DNA of 64,000 bases, taken from positions 23,539,033 to 23,603,032 of the forward strand of contig NC_081360.1 in NCBI RefSeq assembly GCF_030684315.1. The letters run 5' to 3'. The notes under the pieces are model-generated. The model saw nothing but the letters and a program-made list of their open reading frames with translations. It made no database searches and was not told the origin of the DNA. This DNA comes from Stegostoma tigrinum (taxonomy: Eukaryota). Each line of letters starts with the position of its first letter. Within the stretch, counting starts at the first letter, position 1. Made by a program: the position numbers and the translations under genes. Positions 37,570-48,345 of the stretch are shown here, piece by piece.

Positions 37570-40372
37570 GACTGATAAATTAAACTGCAATTACTTCAAA
37601 GCAAGAGGTCTAATAGGTAAGGAAGGACAGGACTTGCAATTTAATGTTCTAGAGAATAGATGCTATAGGAAGGATAGAAAGGGGGGCAAAAGATGAGGGG
37701 GAATGGCCTTTTTGGTTAGAGATAATATTACAGCCATACTTCTGGAGGATATTCTTGGGAATACGTCCAGTGAGGTTATTTGGGTAGAACTGAGGAATAG
37801 GAAAGGGATGATTGCCTTATTAGAATTGTACTATAGACCCCCCAGTAGTAAGCAGGAAATTATGAAGCAAATTGGTAAGGAGATCTGATATCTGTAAGAA
37901 TGAAAGGGTTGTAATGGTAATAGATTTTAACTTTCCAAACATAGACTCGGACTGCAATAGTGTTAAGGGCTTGGATGGAGAGGAATTTAAGTGTGCACAA
38001 GAAAGCATTCTGATTCAGTATGTGGATGTACCTAATAGAGAAGGTGCAAAACTTGACTTTGTCTTAGGAAATAAGGCCGGGCAGGTGACTGAGGTGTCAG
38101 TAGGGGAGCACTTTGGGCCCAGTGACTATAATTCTGTCAGTTCTAAAATAGTTATGGAAAGCAATAGACCTGATCTTAAAGTTAAAGTTCTAAGCTGGAG
38201 TAAGGCCAATTTTGATGGTATCAGACAAGAACTTTCAAAAGTCAATTGGGTAGGGTATTTGCAGAAAAAGAGATGGTTGGAAAGTGGGCCCTTTAATAAG
38301 AGATAATGGGAGTCCAGAGACAATATGTTCCTGTTAATGTGAAGGGTAAGGCTGGTAGGTGTAGGGAATACTGGTTGACAAGAGGAATTGAGACTCTGAT
38401 CAAGACAAAGAAAGAGGTGCATGTCAGATGTAGACAGCTCGGATCGAGTGAATCCCTAGAGGAGTATAGAGCAGAAAGAGTATGCTCAAGAGGGAAATCG
38501 AGAGAGCAAAAAGGGGACAAGGAATAGCTTTGGTAAATGGGGTTCAGGAGAATCCAAGGAGATTTGACAAATACATTAAGGACAAAAGAGTAACTAGGGA
38601 AAGAATAGGGACCCTTAAAGATTAACAAGGCCATCTGTGTGTGGAAATGCAGGAGATGGGTGAGATTAATAAATGAGTATTTTGCATCAGTATTTACTGA
38701 GAAGATGGATATGGAAGCTAGAGAACTTGTAGGTATAGATAGCGAAGTCTTGAAAACTGTCCATATTGCAGAGGAGGTGCTGCTGGATGTCCTAAAATGC
38801 TCAAAGGTGGATAAATCCCTTGGACCTGTTCAGGTGTATCCCAGAACTTTGTGGCAAGCTAGGGAACTGATTGCTGGGCCCCTTGCTGATTTATTGGTCT
38901 CACCCATTGCCACGGTTGAGGTACTGGAAGACTGGAGGTTGGCTAATGTGGTGCCGCAATTTAGGAAAGGTGATAAGGAAAAGATAGGGAACCATAGACT
39001 GGTGAGCCTGAGATCAGTCATAGGTAAATTGTTCTAGGGGATTCTGAGGGACAGAATTTGGAAAGGCAAAGACAGATTAGGGATAGTCAACATGGCTCTG
39101 TGCATGGGAAATCATGTCTGACTAACTTGATTGAGGTTTTTGAGGTCGTGACAAATATGATTGAAGGCAGAGTGGTAGACGTTGCCTATATGGACTTCAA
39201 CAAGGTTTGGCAAAGATTTCACATGCTAGACAGGTTAGCAAGGTTTGATCACATGGAGTCCAGGGCAAGTTAGCCATTTGGGTATAGAATTGGCTTGAAG
39301 GCAGGAGACAGAGGGTGGTGCTGGAGGGTTGCTTTTAAGACTGGAGGCCTGTGGCCAACAGTATGTCACAAGGGTCGGTCCTGGGACCACTGCTTTTTGT
39401 CATTTGTATCAATGATTAGTATGTGAATATAGGAGGAATGGTTAGTAGGTTTGCAGATGACACCGAAATTGGTGGTACAGTGGGCAGTGAAGAAAGTTAG
39501 CTAAGACTACACCAGGACCTTGATTAGATGGGCAATGGGCTGAGGGGTGGAAGATGGAGTTTAATTTTGATAAATATGAGATGTTGGATTTTGGAAAGGC
39601 AAATCAGGGCTGGGCATACTCATATAATGGTAGGGTCTTGGGGAGTGTTGCTAAACAAAGAGACTTGGGGTGCAGGTTCATAATTTTTTGAAATTGGAGT
39701 CACAGGCAGGCAGGTTAATGAAGGAGGCATTTGGAATGCTTGCCCTTATTGGTCGGTACATTGAGTGTAGGTGACGGAATGTCATACTGTGGCTGTATAG
39801 GACACTGGTTTAGGCCACTTTTAGAATACTGCATTCAATTCTGGTCTCCTTGCTCTTGGAAAGATGTTGTTAAAGGTGATAGGGTTTGGAAAAGATTTAC
39901 AAGGATGTTGCTGGTGTTGGGAGGGTTTGAGCTATAGGGAGAGGTTGACCAGGCTAGGGCTATTTTCCTTGGAACATCAGAGGTTTGAGGGGTGACTTTA
40001 CAGATGTTTATAAAATCATGAGGGGCATGGATAGGGTGAATAGCCTAGGTCTTTTTCCAGGGTAGGGGTGTCGAAAACTACAGGGCATAGGTTTAAGGTG
40101 AGAGGGGAAAGATTTAAAAGGGTCACAAAGGGTAACATTTTCGCACAGGGCATGATGTGTGTATAGAATGAGCTGCCATTGGAAGTGGTGGAAGCTGGTA
40201 CAATTACAACATTCAAAAGGCATCTGGATGGGCACATGAATAGGAAGGGTTTAGAGGGATTTGGGCCAAATGCTGGCAAATGGGACTAGATTAATTTAGG
40301 ATATCTGGTCAGCTTGTCCAAATCGGTCAGAAGGGTCTGTTTCCTTGCTGCACAACACTGACTCTATGACTT
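37570..40372 (+). mobile_element. near-complete but degenerate CR1-type LINE ORF2 plus 3'UTR; same family as 10950-14700
   Basis: LYYRPP, DFNFPNID, DWRLANVVP, YMDFNK, RPLLEYCIQFW in order, with many frameshifts. Confidence 0.9.
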
Positions 40373-41400
40373 CAGTCACAGTACAAAAATATGAAGAGCC
40401 TCCCTTTCGTTCTTCAGCTCTAGTCAAAGTGGATTTGAAAGATTGTCCACACTCTGTTCCGTCAGAAGATCATCAAACATTTGATGCTCCGGAATGACAT
40501 GAAATTAAATAAGTCTTTGTTTTACAATGACAAATGCAGAAATCACTTGGAGCTGGATTCAGAGACGTCAGTCTGGTGCATCAGGTCGATTATCTCAATT
40601 CAGAGAGGTTAAAAAGTGCACCCAGCTACAAACAAAGAATTGGTTCCCATGTAGAGGGGTAACAGGTAGTGCTGTGTACATCACAGACGAGCCAGAGAGC
40701 TGTTAGTCATATGTGGCGGTAACCTTTGGGTAGTTAGATGTTTCTCACACTGTACCCTCTGGTCGCAGCTAAGAATGTGGATTCTGGACAATGCAAACTT
40801 AGTACTGAATGAAATTACACCCTCCAATGGAAACTGCTGCTGTATGGAAGAACGAGCCAGTGGAATGCAGAAGGATTGAAGCAAGAAATAGCCAAAATCT
40901 TAAAAGCTTGTACTGCAATGAAGAAACGAAGACAGTGTTTATCATTAGTTGGTGGCCAATTCAGACAAAATTACTGCTTGTTCTAGAAGCTTTCAAATGA
41001 TTACTTTGACTCTGAGACTGGTGTCTCCCCTGACCTGGCCTTTGCTAAAACCAAATGCACCCTCAAGTCTCATTTCTAATAGCACAGGGTTCAGCATGAC
41101 TCAGAATTCACAACTATCACAAGCCGCAAGAATTCACACCGGAAACACGTTTCTTCAGATGGTTCATAAAACATTCAAAAGGTCATAAGGCACGAATGAT
41201 CGCTCCACTTTAATTAGGTTTTGTTGCATCGCTAATTAATCAACTTCCAACACTGGGAAGATCCCCAGTGGTCGACATGAGAAATGTGGTCACGGTGTGT
41301 AACAGATTGGTTTGAGTGCTGTGTCTAGCTGAACTCCCCGCAAATCAGTGAAAGAAAGAACAACATTTAGAAGAATGTCAAGAAATATTCTCCATGCAAT

Positions 41401-41406
41401 TTTAAT
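41401..41406 (-). terminator. polyadenylation signal ATTAAA, copy 3
   Basis: Aligns with the copy 2 AATAAA within the homologous 3'UTR. Confidence 0.55.
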
Positions 41407-41623
41407 GTGATCCACAGAATACAAGACAACACACACCAAAAGACAGAACATTTACAAACTATAGAATCTTTCAGTTACAGTGAAATATACAGTCAGGAAG
41501 CCCAGGTTTATAATATGAACAAGCACAATCGATAACATCTTCTTTAATTGGAATGAGATCTTGTGTTAACACCAAGCTCAGCTTTTCAGAAGTTTCATTC
41601 CTGCTTGGTGTTGGAATCTTGAA

Positions 41624-41637
41624 TCACCATAGTGTCC
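41624..41637 (-). CDS. copy 3 terminal coding exon (TGA at 41626-41624 in the shifted frame; ancestral frame runs to 41578)
   Basis: ttccag acceptor; homologous to 18955-18987. Confidence 0.65.
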
Positions 41638-44600
41638 CTGGAAAGAACAGCATGAAGGCAATGGTCATTTTCAGATGCAATTAGTTCAATATTTTATTGT
41701 TATTGATGATCATGACCGAGAGACTATTCTTGGCACTAAGTCCCAGTTTATACTCACGTTTGAAGCCTCCCGCAGTGACCAGTCTTTTGATTTGTTTGAC
41801 ACCTGTATTTAAAAGTATCAGGTATCAATTTATTTTTACTTCTCTAAATTTACAGATTCATATGAAATTTGCTGTTTACAATGATATTAGATTACAAATT
41901 ATTAGATTTTGAAAGGTGATGAAACAGTAACTCCTTAGATTTCAGAGTTGGGAATTCAACAACTCAGCGAAGAAATCCTCACCAGTGCAGCAATAGTCTG
42001 TTCAGCCCTAGGATAGGGGTTCTTGCATAAATTAATGGAGAGTCAGGTTATTGATGAGATTGCCCCTCTTGTGCATTCTTAAAGACACAGGGATTTTTGT
42101 TTGGCAAGTATTGAACATCTAAAAGTTGATCCATTACATTTTTTAAGCGTGAAATAATTTTCATGGGAACAGGTAAACATCTCCTCTTAAGTCCCTCCCA
42201 AAATCCTTTGACTAGCACTGGCGAAGACTTGACAAGATTCATCAGGTCGCCTTCCTTCCCTGGCTGATTCGGGGTGACGTTGAATTCATTAAAAACATAG
42301 CACAGTGCTGTCACAGACTCCACTCTAACCAGAGAAATACGCCATGTGGTTGCCAATAGTGTTGTGGCAAAAATCCAGATATATACTCACGTTTGTAGAC
42401 TCTTGGACGTGGAGTTCTTCTCATTTTCACCTGAATTTAAATAGAAATATTTATATATGCAGTCCAGGGGTTGATGTGATGTTTCTTTGAAACTTTAGCT
42501 TTAGCATCATCAAAACTCAATAACCAAAACAACAGATTAAAGGAGGAGATTTAAAATAGTAAATTTCTGGGATGTGGTGCAATGTATCAGTGTGGAATGG
42601 GGGTGAAGGCATCACCAAATATGTGAATGGTTTACATTGATCATTGGTCAAGATGCTAAAGTAATAAAATGGACTGCGTTGTGTTGACCCTCGGATAATA
42701 AAGAGGAATTATTTCTTTGAACAGCAGCAAGCAATAATAACATCTCTGTGCAGGTTTACTGCTGGTGAAAAGTCAAGAGCTGCTCTGGCTGTCATTCCAT
42801 TGCAGCAGGGGTTCGCCAAAGGAAGAGTCTGAAGATACAACTTCAAGCCTGACAAAATCTGAGTCTAGAGCAAAAGGCAAAGTCAGAGACCCTATTGTCC
42901 AGATGAGTTAAGTTGTGAGGTTACCTCGATGCTGTTTTCACTGGACTCGAAAGATCCACTTCTGCTGTCAAATGTCTTCAATCCTCGACACTCCACATCA
43001 ACGTCAACAACTTCATCAGCAAAATATTCAACGTGGCTCTTGCAAAATCCTCTTGCCTGTCAAATGAAATGGGAGACTTTTCAAGTTATTTATTACTGGG
43101 AGACTATTAAAGATATTTATTACATCATTTTCAGACTGAAATCTGAAGGGAGCTCAATGCACATACAAGTCAATGCACATAGATATTTCTATTATATAAT
43201 CTGATAAATGACTGCCTTTTCTTTACAAAACATAATCAATACTCACAGCCCTGCTTACGATATGACCAAATGCACACAGTCCATTCTGCGACATAAATCA
43301 TCATACAAGGCCCTTTCTCGGATAATTTTCACAGCATGCAACACTTTCTATGACATTGCATAATACACATTGCACTTTCCACTTATAATTCAATACTCAT
43401 GACCCCTTCTATGATACTCATTAATCAATACCCACAACCTTTTCTAACATAACCTTGCGCACATGGCATTTTTTTGATATAGCTCAATACAGAGCCCTTC
43501 TACCCTTTCTGTGATAATCTTTGGTATACACAATACTTTCTATTATATAATTCTGTGCACTTGTAATTTGAATGTAGTTGTGAAGTTTAGAGTCATAGAG
43601 TCTCAAACAGACACTGCGGTCCAACCAGCCCATGCCGAACATAATCCCAGGCTAAGTAGACCCACCTGCCTGTTCTTGGCCCTTATCCCTCTAAACATTT
43701 CTTACTCATGTATTTGCCTAAATGTCATTTAAAGGCTGTAAATGTGCCCACATCCACCACTTCCTGGGGAAGTTCATTCCACACGCAAACCACTCCTGTG
43801 TAAAACAATTGCCCCTCATGTCTTTTTAAAATCTTTCCTCTGTCACCTTAAAAATATACCCTCTATTCTTGAGCTCCCCACCCTATGGAAAAGACACCTG
43901 CTATTCACCTCATCTATACCCATCATGATTTTATAAACCTTTAGATACCCCTCAACTTACTGCGCTCTAGAGAAAAAAGACTCAACCTATCCAGCCTCTT
44001 CCCGTAACTCAAACCCTCCATTCCAGGCGACATCCTGATAAATCTCTTCCGAACCCTCTCCAGCTTAATTATATCCCTCCATAAAGCAGGCAGGCCAGAA
44101 CTGGACACAGTACTCTAGAAGAGGCCTCACCAATATCCTATACAACCTCAACATGATGTCCCAACTCCTCCACACAAAGGCCTGAGTATTGAAAGCAAGC
44201 ATGCTAAATGCCTTCTTAACCACCCCATCTATATGTAATGCAAAATTCAAAGAATTATTACATACCTAAAACCCAAGTCTATCTGTTTCTCTGATATTAC
44301 TCAATATGCAAGTCACTTTCTATAATAAAGCTGAGTATACCGTAACTTTCAATGGCATAACTTTGTATGCATGAAGTTTGAATGTGACAAATGTAACTCA
44401 GAACTTACTGCGGCCTTTTTGGGATGGAAGCGGCAGCTGGGGTCATCAAATTCCAGTCCAGAATTCTTGGAGCAGACTGTTTCTTTCACGGAGAAGGTTA
44501 AATCCACGTTGTATGACAATTTTCCTGTGCGGTAAATCTAATGAGAGGAAAACAGTTCACTAGTGTCTGACTGTACTTGGTTTTCTTACTCTGAACTGAC

Positions 44601-46553
44601 TGACCTCCTACGTAAGAATCACAAGGACAACAATGCCAATTTATATAAAATCTTTAATGTAACAAACTAACCACAAGATGCTACACAAGAGTGTTATAAA
44701 GCAACATTTTGCACTGAACCAAATAAGGTAATGGTTGAATAATTGCCAAAAGGTCAATCAAGGAGGAATCAAAGACAGAAGTGGAGAGATAGCGAGGCAC
44801 AGGCAATGAATTTCAAAGCTTAGAGCCCAGGTAGCTGAAGGCAAAGACGCTAATAGTGGAGAGATGAAAATCAGGAATACTCACTGATATGTAAGGGCTT
44901 AATAGTCTTAATGGATTAATGATAAGAAGTGCATAAAATGTTATCACTTGGACTTGGGTGGGGAGTCAGCTTTGCGTCTTGAAGGAGTAAGAACTAACAT
45001 CAAGGTGTATCGCTGACTCATTGGCAGTGCCTATCATACCAACAGTACTTAGTATCTGGCTACTATCACACAACAAACTTCATCTTATTTAAGTTAAGAG
45101 TATCTTCTCATTATACTACAAAGAATTGTTTTCTCAACGAGAGTAGACCAAGTGGACCCAGTCGTCCCTATCAGGGAAGAGAATGATGTCAGCAAATCTA
45201 CCGGATAGCTCTTACCCCATGGTGTGCTGTGGTGAGGATTCATCTTACAACATTCATGAAGGCAGAAATGAGGACTGGAGGTATCAAGGGAGTGTTGTGA
45301 ATTTGCAGGAAATCAGGGGAGTCAGGAGTGAGGACAAAGGAGGGTTTGCGAAATTTTAAAATCAAGGTATTGTTTGACTTGCAGCTAATGAAGGCTGCAG
45401 GGTGATCATGGTAACAGACCTTGCTACGAATTACGACACATGCAGCAAACCTTTGTACGAACTCAAGTTTATGGAGGAGAAAGGATGAAAGATAAGTCAG
45501 ATGTGCAGCTGAATAGTCAGGTTTATATAATATTGTGAGAATCAAAAATGGAAATTGCTGATAAAACGGATGTTGCCAGCAATTCTGTTTTTGTTTCAGA
45601 TCTCCAACATTCACAGTTCCTTGTTATATTGTAACAGCATGAGAATATTTTTAATAAGACCAATAGTAGACCATTCTGCCCCTCAAGTCTGCACACAATT
45701 CCATAAAATCATGGCTGATCTGATTGTGTTGTAGATTCCACGTTTACTGCCTATCCCCCTACCTGTTGACCAGAGGTCTAGAGGTAAGAACAAGGGCTTC
45801 AGCAGCAAATGAGCTGAGACTAGGGTTGAGACAAGCGATGTTACAGAGACAGAAACTAGCAGACTTGGTGACGATATGAAATTCTGCTCGGAAGCTCTTC
45901 TCAGGGTCAAAAACGTTAGAAGGGGTCTGGTTGAGCCTGAGACAGTTGTGGTGAGAGTGACAAGAGCCAAGTGGAATTGCAACTTGAAATAAGTCAGTGC
46001 GTCAGCAGGATCTCCAAAGGATGACATGAGAGATACAGAGGGAGCAATAAGCTGATCTCACAGAGTGGGAAATCTGGGATAGTTGAGGAGAACTGGAAGG
46101 ACAGAGAATTGAGCCAGTAGGAGGCATGATAAAGAAGGAGTGGAAACTAGGAAGAATGAAGGAAAAATAAGCTGAAAGAGAAGAGGAATAAATGTTCTCA
46201 GTAATAATGTTGTAGAGTTTAGAGAGTGAAACAGACTGAGGCCAGGACGCACTTACATCCTTCACTCTTCTCCTGGTTATCCCGCACAGATTGCTGGTCT
46301 CAGTGATTCGGTTCAGTTTTAGAACAGACGCTCTCAGAGCATCTTTCGGGCTTGGTTTTCCTGTTGAGAGAAAAGGAAAGTTGTACAAAACATTCTGGAG
46401 TTCTTCAGTGAGTTATTTTACACATTGATGATATCTCAGCGAGTGAGCCTCACTGCCAATAACTTGTTGCTCAATGGGGTGCTGCTCTCTCTGGTACCTA
46501 CCTGAGCAGTGGACAATCTGCACTGCAGCAATGGTGAGGAGGAAAACCTTCAT
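41624..46553 (-). CDS. SPP2/Spp24-like paralog, copy 3. Exons 46502-46553, 46257-46360, 44409-44537, 42925-43056, 42391-42430 (40 nt), 41758-41802, 41624-41637; 171 aa with a cationic tail
   Basis: MKVFLLTIAAVQIVHCS-GKPSPKDALRASVLKLNRITETSNLCGITRRRVKD-IYRTGKLSYNVDLTFSVKETVCSKNSGLEFDDPSCRFHPKKAA-ARGFCKSHVEYFADEVVDVDVECRGLKTFDSRSGSFESSENSIE-VKMRRTPRPRVYKRVKQIKRLVTAGGFKRTLW*. If the 40-nt exon is skipped, the tail reads VSNKSKDWSLREASN-GHYGDSRFQHQAGMKLLKS* (stop at 41578). Confidence 0.8.
41758..41802 (-). CDS. copy 3 micro-exon (45 nt)
   Basis: tacag/gtgagt; homolog of copy 2 exon 8, with a shared downstream intron. Confidence 0.78.
42391..42430 (-). CDS. copy 3 frame-shifting micro-exon (40 nt)
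   Basis: ttcag|GTGAAAATG...TCTACAAAC|gtgagt; both ends resemble the 45-nt exon family, but it is 5 nt shorter. Confidence 0.68.
42925..43056 (-). CDS. copy 3 exon 4
   Basis: 132 nt, cag/gtaacc. Confidence 0.9.
43590..44290 (-). mobile_element. 5'-truncated CR1-type LINE in copy 3 intron 3
   Basis: ORF 44065..44250 (LYRILVRPLLEYCVQFW). Confidence 0.85.
44409..44537 (-). CDS. copy 3 exon 3
   Basis: 129 nt, tag/gtaagt. Confidence 0.9.
46257..46360 (-). CDS. copy 3 exon 2
   Basis: 104 nt; inside track ORF 46002..46388. Confidence 0.88.
46502..46553 (-). CDS. copy 3 exon 1 (signal peptide)
   Basis: ATG at 46553; donor GTAGGT. Confidence 0.88.
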
Positions 46554-46643
46554 TCTGCTTCTTGTGTGATCGGCTGGCTGCTTGCTCAGAGTGAAGGAGC
46601 TGCTTCTCTCTCTTGCTCTGCCGTTTCCTTGCTGCGTTCAGTC

Positions 46644-46690
46644 TTTATATCCCGCGTGTTCACCACATTCAAACACTGACTCATATTTAC
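46644..46690 (-). promoter_or_regulatory. copy 3 proximal promoter: TATAAA (46644-46649), ACCACA (46662-46667), TGACTCA (46677-46683), TATTTAC (46684-46690)
   Basis: Motifs read directly; conserved in the paralogs. Confidence 0.7.
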
Positions 46691-48014
46691 TCAGTTTGGC
46701 CCTGGGCAGGGAAAGCTGCTGCCAAGTGGCTTTAATATGGCCAGAGCTTCCGCCTAGTATCGTCATCATGTTCAGATTTGATGGCAATGGGTTAGTTCAG
46801 AATTCGTCCCTGATAGTTGGATATTGTGAGAAGAGATGAAGTAAAGGATTATGTTGCTGGAAGAATAACCCAGATGCCTGATCCAGGCACATAAGTTAAA
46901 TCTCACCATGGCAGGTGGGAAATTTCTTGGATTATCCTATGAAACAATCATGACATCTCCAAATGGATTTGTTCACTAATCCCCTCTTGTGGATTTGACT
47001 GGTGGTCTTGCCTATATGCGATTCTAGACCCATGGCAACATGGTTGACTTGTAACTAATGTTGGAAATGACTTTGCAAGCCAGTCACTCTTATTTTCCCA
47101 AGGGCAATTGGAAATGGGTCATAAATGCTAATCTTTTGGTCAACTGTCACAATATCCTGTGAAGAAAAAGAAAATGGAGCTGTTGCTTTATATGTACATA
47201 TCTGCACTTTTCTGTCTACAAAAGAGATGGATCTGTAGAGGATAACTCTCCTGGCCATGTTTATGACAACTGCAGTCAATAAATGATATGTAAGATGTGT
47301 ATCCGGCAGCAGATATGCTAATTTTGTTTGAAATTACATACACGAGATTCATCCGACTGTTCCAAGAGGATGGAACGCCACTCCCTGAATGCCCTGAAAG
47401 TGTATGGCAATATGGCAATATTTTTTAGTAATAACGCATTAGAATTGAAGATTCCTATAAAACAGTTTAAAGCTTCTCTTTCTGTGGAATTCACTGAGGT
47501 CAGAGAACCTGTCTCTGCCTCCCTAACCTGTTCTTTCTCTCACCCATCCCTTCCTCCCACCCCAAGCCGCACCTCCATCTCCTACCTACTAACCTCATCC
47601 CACCTCCTTGACCTGTCCGTCTTCCCTGGACTGACCTATCCCCTCCCTACCTCCCCACCTATACTCTCCTCCCCACTTATCTTCTTTTCTCTCCATCTTC
47701 GGTCCGCCTCCCCCTCTCTCCCTATTTATTCCAGAACCCTCACCCCATCCCCCTCTCTGATGAAGGGTCTAGGCCCGAAACGTCAGCTTTTGTGCTCCTG
47801 AGATGTTGCTGGGCCTGCTGTGTTCATCCAGCCTCACATTTTATTATCCATACAGCTGTAGTTCACATTTACTTTTACAACAGGTCAAATGAAGCACTTA
47901 CCCAATTGAAATTAATCCAACCCCTTCAAAACGTACAGCATTAGCTCCAAATTTGTACGCCATGAGATCCAACTATTTAAATGACATTCAAATCACATAC
48001 AGATTTCAAAGACT

Positions 48015-48345
48015 AGGTCAAGGTGTTTTTTCAAGATAGGGGAGTCCAAAACTAGAGGGCAGAGGTTTAGGATTAGAGGAGAAAGATTTAAAAGGGACCT
48101 AAGGGGCAATCTTTTCACACAGAGGGTGATGCATGCGTAGAATGAGCTGCCAGAGGAAGTGGTGGAGGCTGGTCCAATTACAACATTTATAAGGCAGCTT
48201 GATGGGTGCATGAACAGGATGGGTTTAGACGGATATGGGCCAAATCTTGGGAAATGGGACTAGGTCAGAATGGGATATCGGGTCAGCATGGACAAGTTGG
48301 ACTGAAGGCTCTGTTTCCCTGCTGTATAACTCTCCGACTCTATGA
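48015..48345 (+). mobile_element. CR1-type LINE 3' end (another at 49395-49700)
   Basis: KTRG.RF..RGERFK.DLRGN.FTQRV-type sequence and tail. Confidence 0.8.

Noticed and set aside
2440-46553. Calling the three paralogs true cathelicidins or fetuin/kininogen cystatins
   Set aside because: Separate signal-peptide and exon-2 structure, the DAL.ASV.K.N and ET.C.K.SG motifs, the C-x17-C loop followed by a Ser/Glu cluster, and adjacency to a canonical-like spp2 all fit Spp24 better. A profile search is still needed.
41578-46553. Copy 3 as a pseudogene because of the 40-nt exon
   Set aside because: Promoter, exons 1-4, all splice sites and a poly(A) signal are intact, and both possible tail frames end in the last exon. 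It is kept as a probable gene.
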